A DNA stretch of 63,147 bases, the filler included, from Phoronis australis (lineage: Eukaryota > Animalia > Phoronida): assembly GCA_002633005.1 (NCBI GenBank). It is 5 parts of 5 records of this genome, joined end to end, with 100 filler letters (N's around TTAATTAATTAA, not from the genome) between each part and the next. Parts side by side here need not be neighbours in the genome. Positions count along the whole stretch, not along the records: positions 1 to 25,610 come from NMRA01001342.1; 4 more parts are not named here. One strand, given 5' to 3'. This document shows positions 1 to 12,800 of this stretch, in pieces (the stretch's first letter is position 1; each line of letters starts with the position of its first letter). The notes below the pieces were generated by a model that was given only the letters and a program-made list of their open reading frames with translations, had not been told where the DNA came from and ran no database searches. A program made the position numbers and the translations under genes.

Positions 1-681
1 GTCGTTAGTTCTCAAAATATGTCAACCTCCAGAATTCAATTTAACGCAATTTTTTAAATTACACATCATCGTGGAACGATCCCCAGTTCTTTGAAAAAGA
101 TTGTTTTCAACACGAGACAAAAATGATTAAATGTTGAGTATCCTCACGTTTAGATGGAAGTCGCGAGTAAAATATTGCGGTCTGAATTCAGTTACTCGTG
201 GCCATCTACAGATGGATATAACTTTGTTTAAAAACAGTACAGTGCTTGTCGATAATTCAGAAATAATCAATTTTTGAAGTTGGTGCACGTCTAAACAAGA
301 TTTTAAATCTCAACCTCCTGGTTAACAAAAAGTAGGCCTACTCTGCGTCCACAGCTGTCAAGACGTTCCTGAACATGGGAATCCCTTTAAAATCCTTTTG
401 AAACAGAAATCGCTGTCCACTGTGGAAAACCCCGATGGAAACATTGAACCATAAATGAAATGATTTTAAAATCTTCGAGGACCATGGTGTATTAGCATTT
501 TGCTAAGCATGTATTGTGTCCACGTTAAATAAATTTAAAAATAATAATAATTAAAACGATAGCAAAAATGATAACAAGTATTAGAAATGATATTAGTAAT
601 ACAGTAATAGTAGTTGTAGTAGTAACGAAATACTAATGAAATTGATAATACATGTAGGTAGCCGAATTCATGTCGTGTCAG

Positions 682-2270
682 CCCGGAGGGCATTCCTATA
701 TTAAAGGTAGTCCGGATACCTATCGTCGTCAGGCTTCAGTGGTCGTCCGCCATCTTATTTCGCGTGCAGCGCATCCACTCGGTACTTAGCTTTCCAATTT
801 GGAGTGCTCGACGTCTGTACGTTGAGTAATAACCTCTCGGGAGAAACCCGCATCGAAGAACTGAGATGGAAATCGGTGCATTTACCGACTGTTTTAGAAA
901 CCACTTAAAAACCTGTAGATTTTATTAATGCACTTTTTTGTTAATTTCCAGAAGACATTTTCGAAATTAAATTTTCTTCAGACGGAACAGGGATTGTTTA
1001 TGCAATGTATCTACAAGTATCTGTCCCCATGGACAAATTGACACCTGTTAGGCCAAAGGAAAAACGCAGCGGACAAATGCAACACGCTGGGTGCTTAACA
1101 GTATCGGCCCACGCATTGGTTATCAAATTATTGTCCACTTGTTTTTTATTGCAAAACACACTACTGAGCTCAACATTTATGTTGAAATCTTTAGTTCAGG
1201 CATTTTGGGCTTATTTGAAGTAAATTAAAATACTTGAAATGATACAGAGTGGCTACCAATAAAGTAAAACGTCTGACTTTATTTTATTATATTGCATTGT
1301 TACATACAAAACAGCATGGCATAATTAAAAATAAAAGAAGTGATTGAGCAATAAATTGCAAATGCACCTTGGGTATTTATTTATGATTGCAGAAGTCTGT
1401 TAAAGATCGGAAAAAATCAAACAATATGATATTGGGTAAGTTACTAGAACAACTACATCGAGGTTTAATGATCAACATCCGCCAACCAAGTCTCAAAGGG
1501 TTACAGTTCTGTTTTGGCTGACAAGGTGTTAACAGAAAGTGAAGAAAAACTGAAAAGAAAAAGAAACACAGCAGAGATAAGTGGTATGGAGAACAGCAAC
1601 AGCAAAAAGTCAAATGAAGACGTCACAAATTGAAAATAAGTAAGGTCTATATAGAATAAAAACATCCTGATTTATTTTTGCAGAATTGAAAATCTGATTC
1701 AATTTTAATCGATATCATACCAGTAAAACAGTTTGTGGTTGATCTAGAATTCTTGTAAAAACCACTTTCCACTATTTTCTTGGCCATATTCTGTGTGATT
1801 TTCTGTTCTTTCATAAGGCGGCAGCATATGACGACTACAGGGATCATTATGGCTGCCGAAGAGCAATGCGCAGTTGAAAAAACTCGGTATGAACAAAAAA
1901 AAATGAATCCACGAATAATATATACTTGGGGGTGAGAGTTAAATCAAATCCTATTCAGAGGATAACTTTGAAGTGGAATAATTGGGTGAGTACGACAACA
2001 AGCCGGTTTTTTTCTTAGGCGGACAATTTTCGAGTATACGAAACGTGCCTCCCAAAAGGGTGTTCATTCACAGAAAAACAGTCTCCATAATGCCAGGTGC
2101 CTTTCCTGAATTTCTGGAACAAAAGTCTGCGAAAATGTGAATTTTTAAACAAATTGGTCTCTAAATTGGTCTATTATTTGTCCGAGTCCACTCTTTAAAT
2201 CGGTAGATATTCATTTTTTTCGGGTAAAATCCCTCTTCCAAAAATACAAATGTACTCCAGTACCCCCGGC
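682..2270. mobile_element. Non-autonomous DNA transposon (CCCGG-GGG terminus type) with 8-bp target-site duplication
   Basis: Starts CCCGGAGGGCATTC and ends GTACCCCCGGC (imperfect TIR). Identical 8-mer CGTGTCAG at 674-681 and 2271-2278. No convincing ORF inside. Confidence 0.6.
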
Positions 2271-2370
2271 CGTGTCAGAAACCACGTGTTCGTGATTGTG
2301 GTCATTTTCTTTGCATCATAAACTGGGTTTCGTAGAATGTAGCAATGGTACGTTCCTCGCATGTGCATTC

Positions 2371-2508
2371 GACGTAAAATGTAACAACTACCTAAATTGT
2401 AACAGCTTGTTACACTTTAGGAGAGGCTTAACCTTGTAAATTGTAACAATGACGTAAACTGTAACAGTTGTTACATTTGATGAAATTGTTACATTTTACG
2501 GCGTTTCA
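2371..2508. repeat. Short MITE-like palindromic repeat built of TGTAACA/TGTTACA motifs
   Basis: GACGTAAAATGTAACAA at left and TTGTTACATTTTACGGC at right, with several internal AATTGTAACA copies in both orientations. Confidence 0.55.
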
Positions 2509-2899
2509 GCCCATTCCAATGCTCGGCGTTGCTCTCGTTATATGTGTTGTTGCTGACCAGGCAAATTATAAATGTTGTTGACGCCGTCCAGTTCGTTCAG
2601 AATTGTTTCTAGAGTGCTGCTCCTGATCGTGAATTTTCCCTCTTTAAAAATCGTTAGTCGCCACCAGGAAGCTGAACGCAAACGTTTTTCAACCTTTTAA
2701 ACTTTCGTTTTCATAACGTGCCGTTTTTATGTCGATAAGAAGACCTTTTTCAAGCACCAGCCATTCGAAGCCAAGTCGCAAATTGTCATGCACAACTGTT
2801 CAGTTTTGTGGCAATTTGTGGAACCTGGTCCAAGGTAAGCGCAATTAATGTTTGCAGATGATAAACAAAACACCACATCACATTGTACTCAAAAGCATA

Positions 2900-2905
2900 T
2901 TTATT
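2900..2905 (-). terminator. Probable polyadenylation signal of the giant FN3-like gene
   Basis: AATAAA on the minus strand about 710 nt after the stop, followed by a GT/T-rich tract (GTGATGTGGTGTTTTGTTT). Confidence 0.4.
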
Positions 2906-3612
2906 TAACAAGTTGTAATCTGCACCTCTAAATGAGCACATGAATTTTCCTGTACCTGCAAATTATGTCACGATCAATGCATTTTGTTTATTGCTTGACG
3001 AGTATGGTACATGGAGTCTTTCCCTCAACTACATGTAGAACTAAACGAATACTGACCTGGCGAAAGATTTTATGGGGTTTCACACTGTTATTAAAGCTAT
3101 CTAAATAAAACGACACACTCAAAAAACTACGAATGCCACACTGGGAGCTAGCTCCCTGTAAGAATTTCAGGGTCTGATCAATCTAAAGTTATACAAGCAA
3201 AAACTCACGAAATCATAAGATAGAATCTCATAATGAAGAGCACGTTTTTGTGTCAGCAAAGCAAAGACTTGTATCCTGCTTTGAGGAAGCATACATACAT
3301 GAAATGAAATTTGAAATAATTTGAAAATATATTGAGAAATTAAAAATAGCTATATATGTGGTGTGCACGCCCCTATTGACCAAATTACGTGACCTTATGA
3401 ACATAAGTCAGAAAATATATCTGCCCCAGACCGGGACTCGAGAAAAATGATGCATTAAGGTAAGAACTACATTATGTTAAACGTTGCCGGTAAACGTGTG
3501 GTAGTGTAAAGCGTAGCAGCTTCGACAAGTGTAACACGGAGCAAAAATTTTAAACATACAATTCCGACAAAGTTCTCCATCATATACAAATCAAAATCTC
3601 GTCAATGGTATG

Positions 3613-3884
3613 CTAAATGACAACAGAAAAGCTCATTTTGTAGTAAACCCCTGACGGTTTCACAGCTGTAACCACTCCAAATATTTCTCGACTAATATTC
3701 GCAACAATGGCTCTAGACTTCAAAGAGATAGAAGATTCTTTAGTTTCAGTTGTTTGCAGCAAGTCACAAGCGCCTTGTGAGAGACCTAGGCAGACCTCAT
3801 ACCAAAGTGTAACTTCTTGGTCAAAGCAGTTCTTCCAGTTGATTACCACAGTGTCATCGATTTTTCGTATATCTGGTTTAATTC
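3613..3884 (-). CDS. Giant FN3-like protein, terminal exon
   Basis: Acceptor ctcttgtag|GA ATT AAA (phase 1); ends ...VTAVKPSGVYYKMSFSVVI*. Confidence 0.8.
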
Positions 3885-6800
3885 CTACAAGAGGCCAGAC
3901 ATGTGGTTTAAATGCATTTCGATTCAATTTTCGAAATGATATCCGAGCCTTTACCAAGCTACGCTCGGATTATACAACGTCATCCCTATGTTGCAACCAA
4001 CGTGTTATGATTCCAAGTCCAAAGTCTTCAAAAGTGATACATCTTCGTCAGCTTGGGCTTGCAAATATCAAAGGCTTTTGTTCAGGTATCAGAAATAAAG
4101 AAACATAAAAGGAAAAACGGTTATGCATATCTAATTGACAGTAATATTTTTAACTTATGAAACAGGTGAAGATACATTCAGCGTCAATTTCTCTAAAAAT
4201 CAAGCACTACAGACGTGTCGTTGACGAGAGACGTGGGAACTTCTCACCATCTCTTAAAATAACTGTCAAAGCCTCCTAGTATTTTCACTATATTGTTCTA
4301 AATTGCACGTTATGTAGCGGTTGTACCATTGTGCTACTTTACAAATTGACAGTAGTCAGAAATAGGCTTGGGTTCTTCTTTATGCTAAGCGTCCCCATAA
4401 TCGTATTATAGAAGATACCATTGATGCCACATACAGTACATGTAGCACATCTTTCTAGTTCTAAAATGTTACACATTATCGCAAAGCAAAATCATACTGC
4501 ACCTACCTGTAACTCTTGGTGCACGTTTATCCACACACAGCTTCCCCCTTACAACGTCGCTAGAAAACCCTCCAGAGTTAACAGCCAGGACTTCTGCCGT
4601 CAAGCAATCACCGTTGTTCACAGTCAAATTGACGAACCTAGCATTTGTTTGGTGGCCTGCATCTCGCCAGTCTACAATCAATTCATTATTCTTAAGGAGT
4701 CGAATTTCATACGACAGGTTATTGTCAAAGTCATGAAATCCAGACCAGATGACATACACCAGGGAAGGATCAGTTAATGCCACTTCGTGTCTTTCATACA
4801 CGCCGGTACGAGGTAGCAGGAAGTTGACTGTTGCTGTCGAAGTTGCTGGAGAGTTACTGACGACAGTCCGAGGCCCAATCACAGACGTAGTGGATAATTC
4901 AGCATTGTTGGAGCACACAATTGTCGCGTATACACTCTGGCCGTGTGCGAGTGATGGTGTAGCTGTCGCAGTATAACAGTTTGGTGACGTTGAAACAACT
5001 GGTATACGAGACTTGATGTTACCTGTATTCGACGTATATCCTGAAAAATCATTGTTTATAGACTGTTTATGACAGACATGTGAAACAATCAAAACTGCGT
5101 TTCAAAAGATTGATTGAGGACTTCATAAATAAATTTTGCAAGTGGAGGGCAACCACGATTTTGAAAGTGAAAATGTACACGTCAGCCCTGAAACCGGTAT
5201 GGCAGCAGCGTCTTGTTTGTGGTGTTTAGGCTTCTCCTAGATCCGCCTGTGGTTACGAACGACTTGATGTAGGTAACCTATTTCACTCGTATATGTATCT
5301 ACTTTAAGTGACTGAAGCTTAACTTTTAGGTACTTTTTGGAGTTATAAGCTTATATGTAAGAATTTTACTGCAACTTAATTAAATTTCGCTAAAATACTT
5401 ATCATTCGAACCCAAAGGTCTGTTCGATGCGTTTCCAATTCGATAAATAGTATAAAAAGTTTGATGAAAGTTGGGCAAATACCTACACGCATATATCATT
5501 GAATTTCTAAAGGTCCAGTAGTGCCTAAGTGACCTATTGTTTGGAACACGATCAAAGGCTTTTGCCCGTGAAATCAAAATTCTTGCCATGACAAACATTG
5601 ATGGTGAAACTTTCCAGTTCTATTCATCCTGTAGACACCCCCACCTTTGAGCAGCTTCCAGGTTTTCAAAGCTGCTATAAAGCTGTCTTGGTCTCAACAT
5701 TTAACTTTTGATTGAGACCACTTATACCTGCCAATCACTTAGAAAACACGTGGTTTCTGGGGATTGGGAAATGGTCAGATACCACTTTTCATATAAGTAA
5801 ATAACATACCGTTACAGACTATATCGGTAAGTAGTCTAATCAAAAGTCGTGTTTTTGATGGAATGCTTTTTTGTACCACCTTTAACACATTAGACTATTT
5901 TAGTGCCTCACGTACCTAATTTAACGAAAACATCTTTAACACTTTTAATGTCAAACTACATGTACTACAAACCCAGCTCGACGGTGCATTCTTTAATGTT
6001 ACTCTCGCTGTCCTGTGCTGCCCATGATGTTAGTATGGAAACGGTGTTATTCACACGTGATGGAACAACCTCGATGGTAATGTTTGATATTGCAGGCGGT
6101 GAGTGGTCAAGTACAGTTTTCTCTGATTGAAAATACGACCTGACACCAGCATTATTTTCTGAAATAACTGTTGCGTACAAAGGTGAACCGTGGGGTAGGA
6201 AAACATCGTAAGTCACGTGCTGTTGTCTGCCGATGTTATGAAGAGCGACAACCTGAAAACCACCAGAGGTCGTGCCAATGCCGACAAGATGCTTGTGGAT
6301 CCCACTTCCACGATCTTTAATTTCTAAAGTGAGCTCAACAATAAAGGGACTTAACTGCCGAAGGGACACACTGCTACTATCTTTACTCTCTTTTGTACAC
6401 TTCCGTAACGATATAGAAATTGACGTTGTATCTCCTTCTATTGACAAAACCAATTCGTACACGGCAGTGTTTTCGACATAAAACCTGAAGCTTGCTACGG
6501 ACCTTTCGGTAAAGTATAGTTCTTTTCGCGAATCTAAGAATAACATGAATGCTTGAACGTTAGTTTTGTTTGATGTGAAAATGAGCTCATACGTTTCATG
6601 AGCGTCAAGGATCAGCCTATATTTAGAGGTCTTCATTTTGTCCGCCTTATTTATGGAAGTAATGTGTGCACTGTCCTCAGACCATGCCTCACACTTGAAA
6701 CCTTCTGGAGGCGTTGTGTCAATAAGTAGCGAATCTGATTGGACGTCTTCAGACACATGACCAGCTGCATCTTCTGCTTTTACATGGACGTTGTACGCCA

Positions 6801-9800
6801 TGTTGTGATTTAAATTCAAATGACACAGCTCAACCGTGTTTTGAATCCCAACATACTGTGGCTTTAGAACAATATGTCTGTTACGATGAGTTCCGACCGA
6901 CACAATATATCGTCTTATGTGCGAGTGTAGATCATCAAATCCATTCCAAGATGCGCCAATGCAAGACGTGTTTGAGCTCCAATATTTACTTGAGAATTGA
7001 TTTGTGTTGAAAACAATTCCACTGGTGGGAGGTTCATTGTCGATAACCACTCCATCCGACGTAGAAATTGTGTATAGCCCGACTTTGTTTATTGCCTTAA
7101 CAGTCGTAAAATACTTCTCGCCCTTTTTGAGTTTCAGAGCAGTGGCAGTGAACGATGTCCGGGTTGTCCTCATTTTGGGCATGATAGAATCGTCTGTTGA
7201 AAGAAATCAGAACGTGATATGGTTTTGTTATTGCCTCACGACTTGAAGGAATCAATGAGATAATGCTTGTACTTTAACCACAAATACTTGCTCCACATTT
7301 ATGCTAAAAGAATTTATTGCAAACTCATATTTTTGTTTTTTTAGGGTTACTTTTGTCGAGTTTTAATGATTTCTCATTTCTTGACTGCATGCTTCAATAC
7401 AGCAGTACAGATTATTTCAAGCCACCAGTGGATAGAACTTATAATTTAACCACTTCGGCATCATCAAATACCATACACTTATAAATGATTAATATCATTA
7501 TCATCAAGTGCGTAAAACAACACCTTTTTATTGACATCACGAATTTAAAACACGGTGTGAGTTTTGGCAGACGAAAAATATTACCAATATATAAATATTT
7601 CATAACTTTTAGCCCAGTGTATGTTTGCCTTATTTCACTTATAATTCAAGTTTTTTAAGGTGGGCGGGGTTTCCTCAGAAAACTGATTACATATGACGCA
7701 GTCGAGTAAGTACCCATAATGCACTGTCACTCACTACACCCACCATTTTAACAGGTATTGCAGCACCAAAAATAAACATTGAACTAAAAATTGATATGAT
7801 TAAACTCAATTAAATTTGACAATATTTGAAGTTGCGTTGCGTGACGATTATTTGGGTTGAAGCTTCATTCGATTAACTCACGTTAAACAAAAGTGGAGCA
7901 AAAAGAGAGTCTTTAAAACTTACCGCCAGGAAAAGTACCCATCATGACTTCATAAGACTCGACGTCACCAGTTACGTCTCTAAATAGCCTGTCCCACTTT
8001 GCACCAAGCTCATTCATGTTTGAAGAGAAATCGATGTCGCGTGAGCACGAGCCTTCGTCCAGACAATCAATGACGTGGCGCCCTCGATTTTGATTGGGAG
8101 GTGTAACGTCTACTGAGATCTCGTTAGACCTAAACTCGGAGTAAGCATCATTTGCGTACCATGCTCGTATGTAGAACACATACTTCTGGTTGCCTTGGAA
8201 GTATTTGGTTCTTGGTAGGCAGAATGTCATATTAGTCCACAAGTCTATGTTTCGCCATACTACATGATCTGGGCCAAAAACACCTGAACCCACCGTTCTG
8301 GAGTTTGCTTTACCTAATGAATATTCGTATCGTAAGACGTCACTACTTGACACCCAGTAGGCAGATAAACACTTTTGATTGGAAGAAATGTTCAGGGCAG
8401 ATGTAATCCCAATCGTAACATGAACGGTGACGTCCGACTTTGTCGAGTTTTTGCAAGCTGAATAAGGGAGTGTCTCGCATTTCTTTCCAAAAGGCGCACA
8501 CGCACAGTCCTTGTTACAGAAAGATGCATCACATGAATGCTTTTCAACGACGAGCAATCCAGATGAATGATTGTGTCTTGCTGTACGAACAACGGCAACG
8601 TGGTGTTTGAGGATGGAACTACGTAAACCCACGTTATTTTCAGCCACGATGGAGATGAAAAATTCATGACCTGGTATAATCCTTTTGCTCAGTGTTATAG
8701 TTGTTTGTTGATATTTCGATGATAAATTATGAGAAGCAGTTACAAATCCATTGCTCAGTTCTTGAGAGCTGTAACTAGAACCGATTGTGAGTATGTATTG
8801 CTTTATGCCAGAATGAGGATCAACAAATCCAGACCAAGTCAAATTGAGCGTCGTGCGTCCCGCTTTTTCAGTCCATTTAAGTGAATCAAAACCACCCAAA
8901 TGAGGGGGAGAAGAATCAACGAGAACTCCCCCTGTCGAGTTCGCAACAGTACAGAGACCGGCATAATTGCATGCCGTGACAGAGACGTAATACCTGTCGC
9001 CGTCTGACAAACTGTGATTTTTAGATAAACTGACTGACAGGGAATTTTCGTTTCCAATCTCAAGATTTGCCACGGGATTAAAACCATTGTGATGGGAGAA
9101 CACGTTGACTAGGTGTTTTGCCAAACCGCTCTCTGGGTCGTGGAACTTCCAGTCCATGAGTAGTGCATTTGTTTCAAACTGATTTCCCTCAAATAGCGAG
9201 ATCATGCCACGTTTGCGGAACACTGGAGCGGCGGCAACACTAGGTGGTGTGTTGTCCACTTGAATTGGCGCCGAAGACTTCGTGGTCGCGAGACCAGCTT
9301 TGTTAGAAGCTCGAACTGTTGCGAATATAGGCGTCGCACGAGGAAGGTCCATGTCAACCCTGACTTGAACATTGGAATGATGACATTCACGGAATGGTTG
9401 GATATCACACTGTCCAACACTGGTACCAATGCACCACTCATAGCGACCGATTCCTGACTGGGGATCTTGGAATCCCATCCAACTTGCACTGAAATATTTC
9501 CTAAAATGACAAAACGGGACAATAACAATGTTATAATAGTAACTATAAAATCAGAAACCATGTTGTATGATGCATTCATTACATATAATGCATAGCTTGT
9601 AAGGGAGACACGGGTTGTGCGAAATTATGTTTTGTTGCTATAAACATCTGCTGTATAACTAGTTCCGTGAGTTCAGAGAAACTCAACGTTTGTTTCATTC
9701 GCATTCATAGTTAGCAATTGTGAACCAGAGGATAATATTTAAAATTTGCAATTTCTTTACTTTCTTATGGTGTACCTTGAAGCTTGGTAATGACGGGCTC

Positions 9801-12800
9801 CGAACTGTAGATGACCGACTGTGACTATGCCCGACAATGGAGGGGTTGGGTCGATGATTATCCCGTCTGACGATGCACGTCGACACAGGCCAACTGAGTT
9901 ACATGCTTCGACAGTAGCAACATACCGTCGGCCAGTTTTTAAAGGCGACTGCATAGACAGAGCTGAAATTATTTGCAAGATGCGTGGTGAAAACTTACCG
10001 CGAAACCCGTACTGACAGGCAAACCAGGTCATGAGGTGTTCTTATTTATCTGACTATTGACACTGATAAACTTTTCTGTCTCCAATACCGTAACGCAAAC
10101 TTACCCGAGCAGACGCAACTGCTCCAAACCTCCCCTGTCAATCCTCATCTAAGCATTCAGTGATCAGAAATTGTATTTATTTTAAATCGTTAGGTGAGAC
10201 AATTGCCCCCGATTTAGGGGTCAGCTGAACTCGAATTCAACCCACGTCACTGCAAAACCATATCACTATCCCGATGACTTACTAGTCCCAAGGTTCAATT
10301 CTACAAAGGCGCACTACTTCGAAGGTTCACTATTCTGAAGCCAGGTCCACTACGCCTGCAGCTCACTGCTCTGAATATCTGCTAATGTACCAACCACTTA
10401 ACAAGCGAACAGGAGTTTAATAGTGCTAAAACGCTGATTGCATTTGGTATAAATGAGGTTATTTCCAGTCACTAAAACTCTCGATTCTTGAATCTCAGAC
10501 TTCTCATTCTCACACAGGGACAAATACCAGGTACGGGGATATTTTATTTTTGGCCGTGGCGACCAACATGCGGCTGCAAATTTGAGAAGACGTGATTGTA
10601 CTCTCCGGTAAAGACGTCGTACTAAATTTAGATTCGATGGCACTCTGCGAGTTGTTTCGAAGCTGTGGGTGCAGTTCATGCGCAGCGGATAGACTTTCCA
10701 GTCGCGCTTTGAGATTATCCGATTTTGGATTTCGTGAACGTCAGTATTGAGCTTTCGATTCAATAAGCCTTTGGAGTATTGAACTTTCCGGGTAGTAAAC
10801 CGTCGGGTACGCAGTTCCTATAATTTTGAGCAAAATGTTTTAGTTATCTTATCGACAATTTAGTTACATACATGTATAGGCCCTACTCACAAGTGACCAG
10901 TCCCACGTTTGACAACATTGGTTCATCTTTTTCTTCTGCAACACCTACATGGTATTCGGTTATGGGGGAGTGTGGGTCATGAAACCCGTCCCAAGTAACG
11001 CAGATTGTTGACGTGCTTGTCTGAAAGTCGTAATCTGCTAGGCTGGTCAGATTTTTGCAGTCTCGCACCAGGCCAGAAGATGGCGGAGACGAGTCGTACA
11101 CAAACTTTGCATCAGACGACGTCATCAGTCCGGCTCCATTTATAGCCTATTGGGTAGTAGTAAGTTAGCGAGTCAATAAACGCTACATGTTTAGGACAAT
11201 ATCTTCCTAGTAGTCTGTAGTGGCACTAACCAAAATTAGGGTAAAATAATACCAAATGATATTATGATTAATCAAGCAGTTGCTGTGTAGTATTTAAAAT
11301 CCCATCCTTTGGTCCACTGGTAGCTTTCTATGCAATATAGATGTGGCATTACGACAAGCATGTTTCCTTTCTTAATTAGCCGTGTCCGTAGTGGCCGGTC
11401 CAAGCACCCTGTTTCATCTGTATCGTCATGTATGCTTACAGGTGATTTTAGCTAAAAGAAATTTAATGAAAATTCATTTACATGCAAGAAGGTAGGTTTA
11501 TATTTGGATACTTGTCGAACGTTAACCCATTGTTATAGCTTGAAATGTTTCTTGTGACTTCCGAAAACGGACAGCGTCAGAAAATTCAAGTGTTTGTGAG
11601 AGACACGTTACGTTAAACCATTATTAACGCAAAACATTATTTGCGAAATATACAACATCTTTTCCGTCCATAGTCAAGAACATGCCCGCATGTAACGTTC
11701 CTTTAGTAAATAAGTGCATTTACTTGTACAAAATGTCATTTTACGAGAAAAAACCGCTTGTTATGAAAGTGGCCAACATCTGTAAGAGTTCTGTATCAGC
11801 AATTAATACATTAAAATATGCCTGCTCATCAATTCTTTACAGAGGAACTCGAAAAACTTACCATAACAATTGCGTAATAACTATGACCGTCACGCATGGC
11901 AGAATCCGTCACTTCGACGTAAGTTGTTGTGAACTCTTTTAGATGGAAGATATCGTACAGCCCAGGCGAGGAACCAATGGCGAATTCATACCTTTTTATG
12001 CCGCTTTGAGCATCTTCAAAATCTTGCCAGTGAAAGTGAAGCATGTCTCCATTTACGTGCTGTTGAGTGCGGTGCGGTGAGCCTACATGCACCACTCCTT
12101 TAGATGGAGGCGTTGTGTCTACTATGAACGGTCTTGAAGAGGCTGACGTAACGTGCCCGACATAGTCTTCGGCTAAAACAAGACCATCGGGATTATGGAA
12201 ACCAAAATGTCGAACGTGTTGCTCAATTGGAGAAACAACGGATTAAAAAATGAAATTTTTAAAAACGGTGGATGATAGAGTCGTAAATGTAACTTGAACA
12301 CAGCTGTAGCGCCGTTCTACCAGAGCGAAAAACTAATGCTATAATGACTGAACATTTATACGGCATAAGCATGTCGGTCAAATTCAAGATTGTTTACCTG
12401 CACATGGGGAATACTGCTGCAGGCTAATTTTATAAGACTTATCAAAAATAAAATAAAATGTTTATCCATTGAGCGGCATGCACGAATAATAATTGTCTTT
12501 GCAGAAGCAAGGTAGTTGTCAAATAAGATAACCTCCAGCAAGTGACTTTGGACATGGCTGTCGACACGTATTCAAGACTCAAGGATGCAACACTTACCTT
12601 GAACGTTAACAAAATACTCTTGGCCATCAACTAATGTAAGATTATTGAGCATAACGTGTGTCTCTTGTTCTCTACTTGTGAGTGGTACCACGTTGTCAAC
12701 TCCTGGAGAGGTCCCTAAAGCCAAGTGTATAAGAAAGTACATTGTAAGTGATGGGAACAGAGTTCACTAATTGGAAACACACTTTTCAAATGTGTCATAT

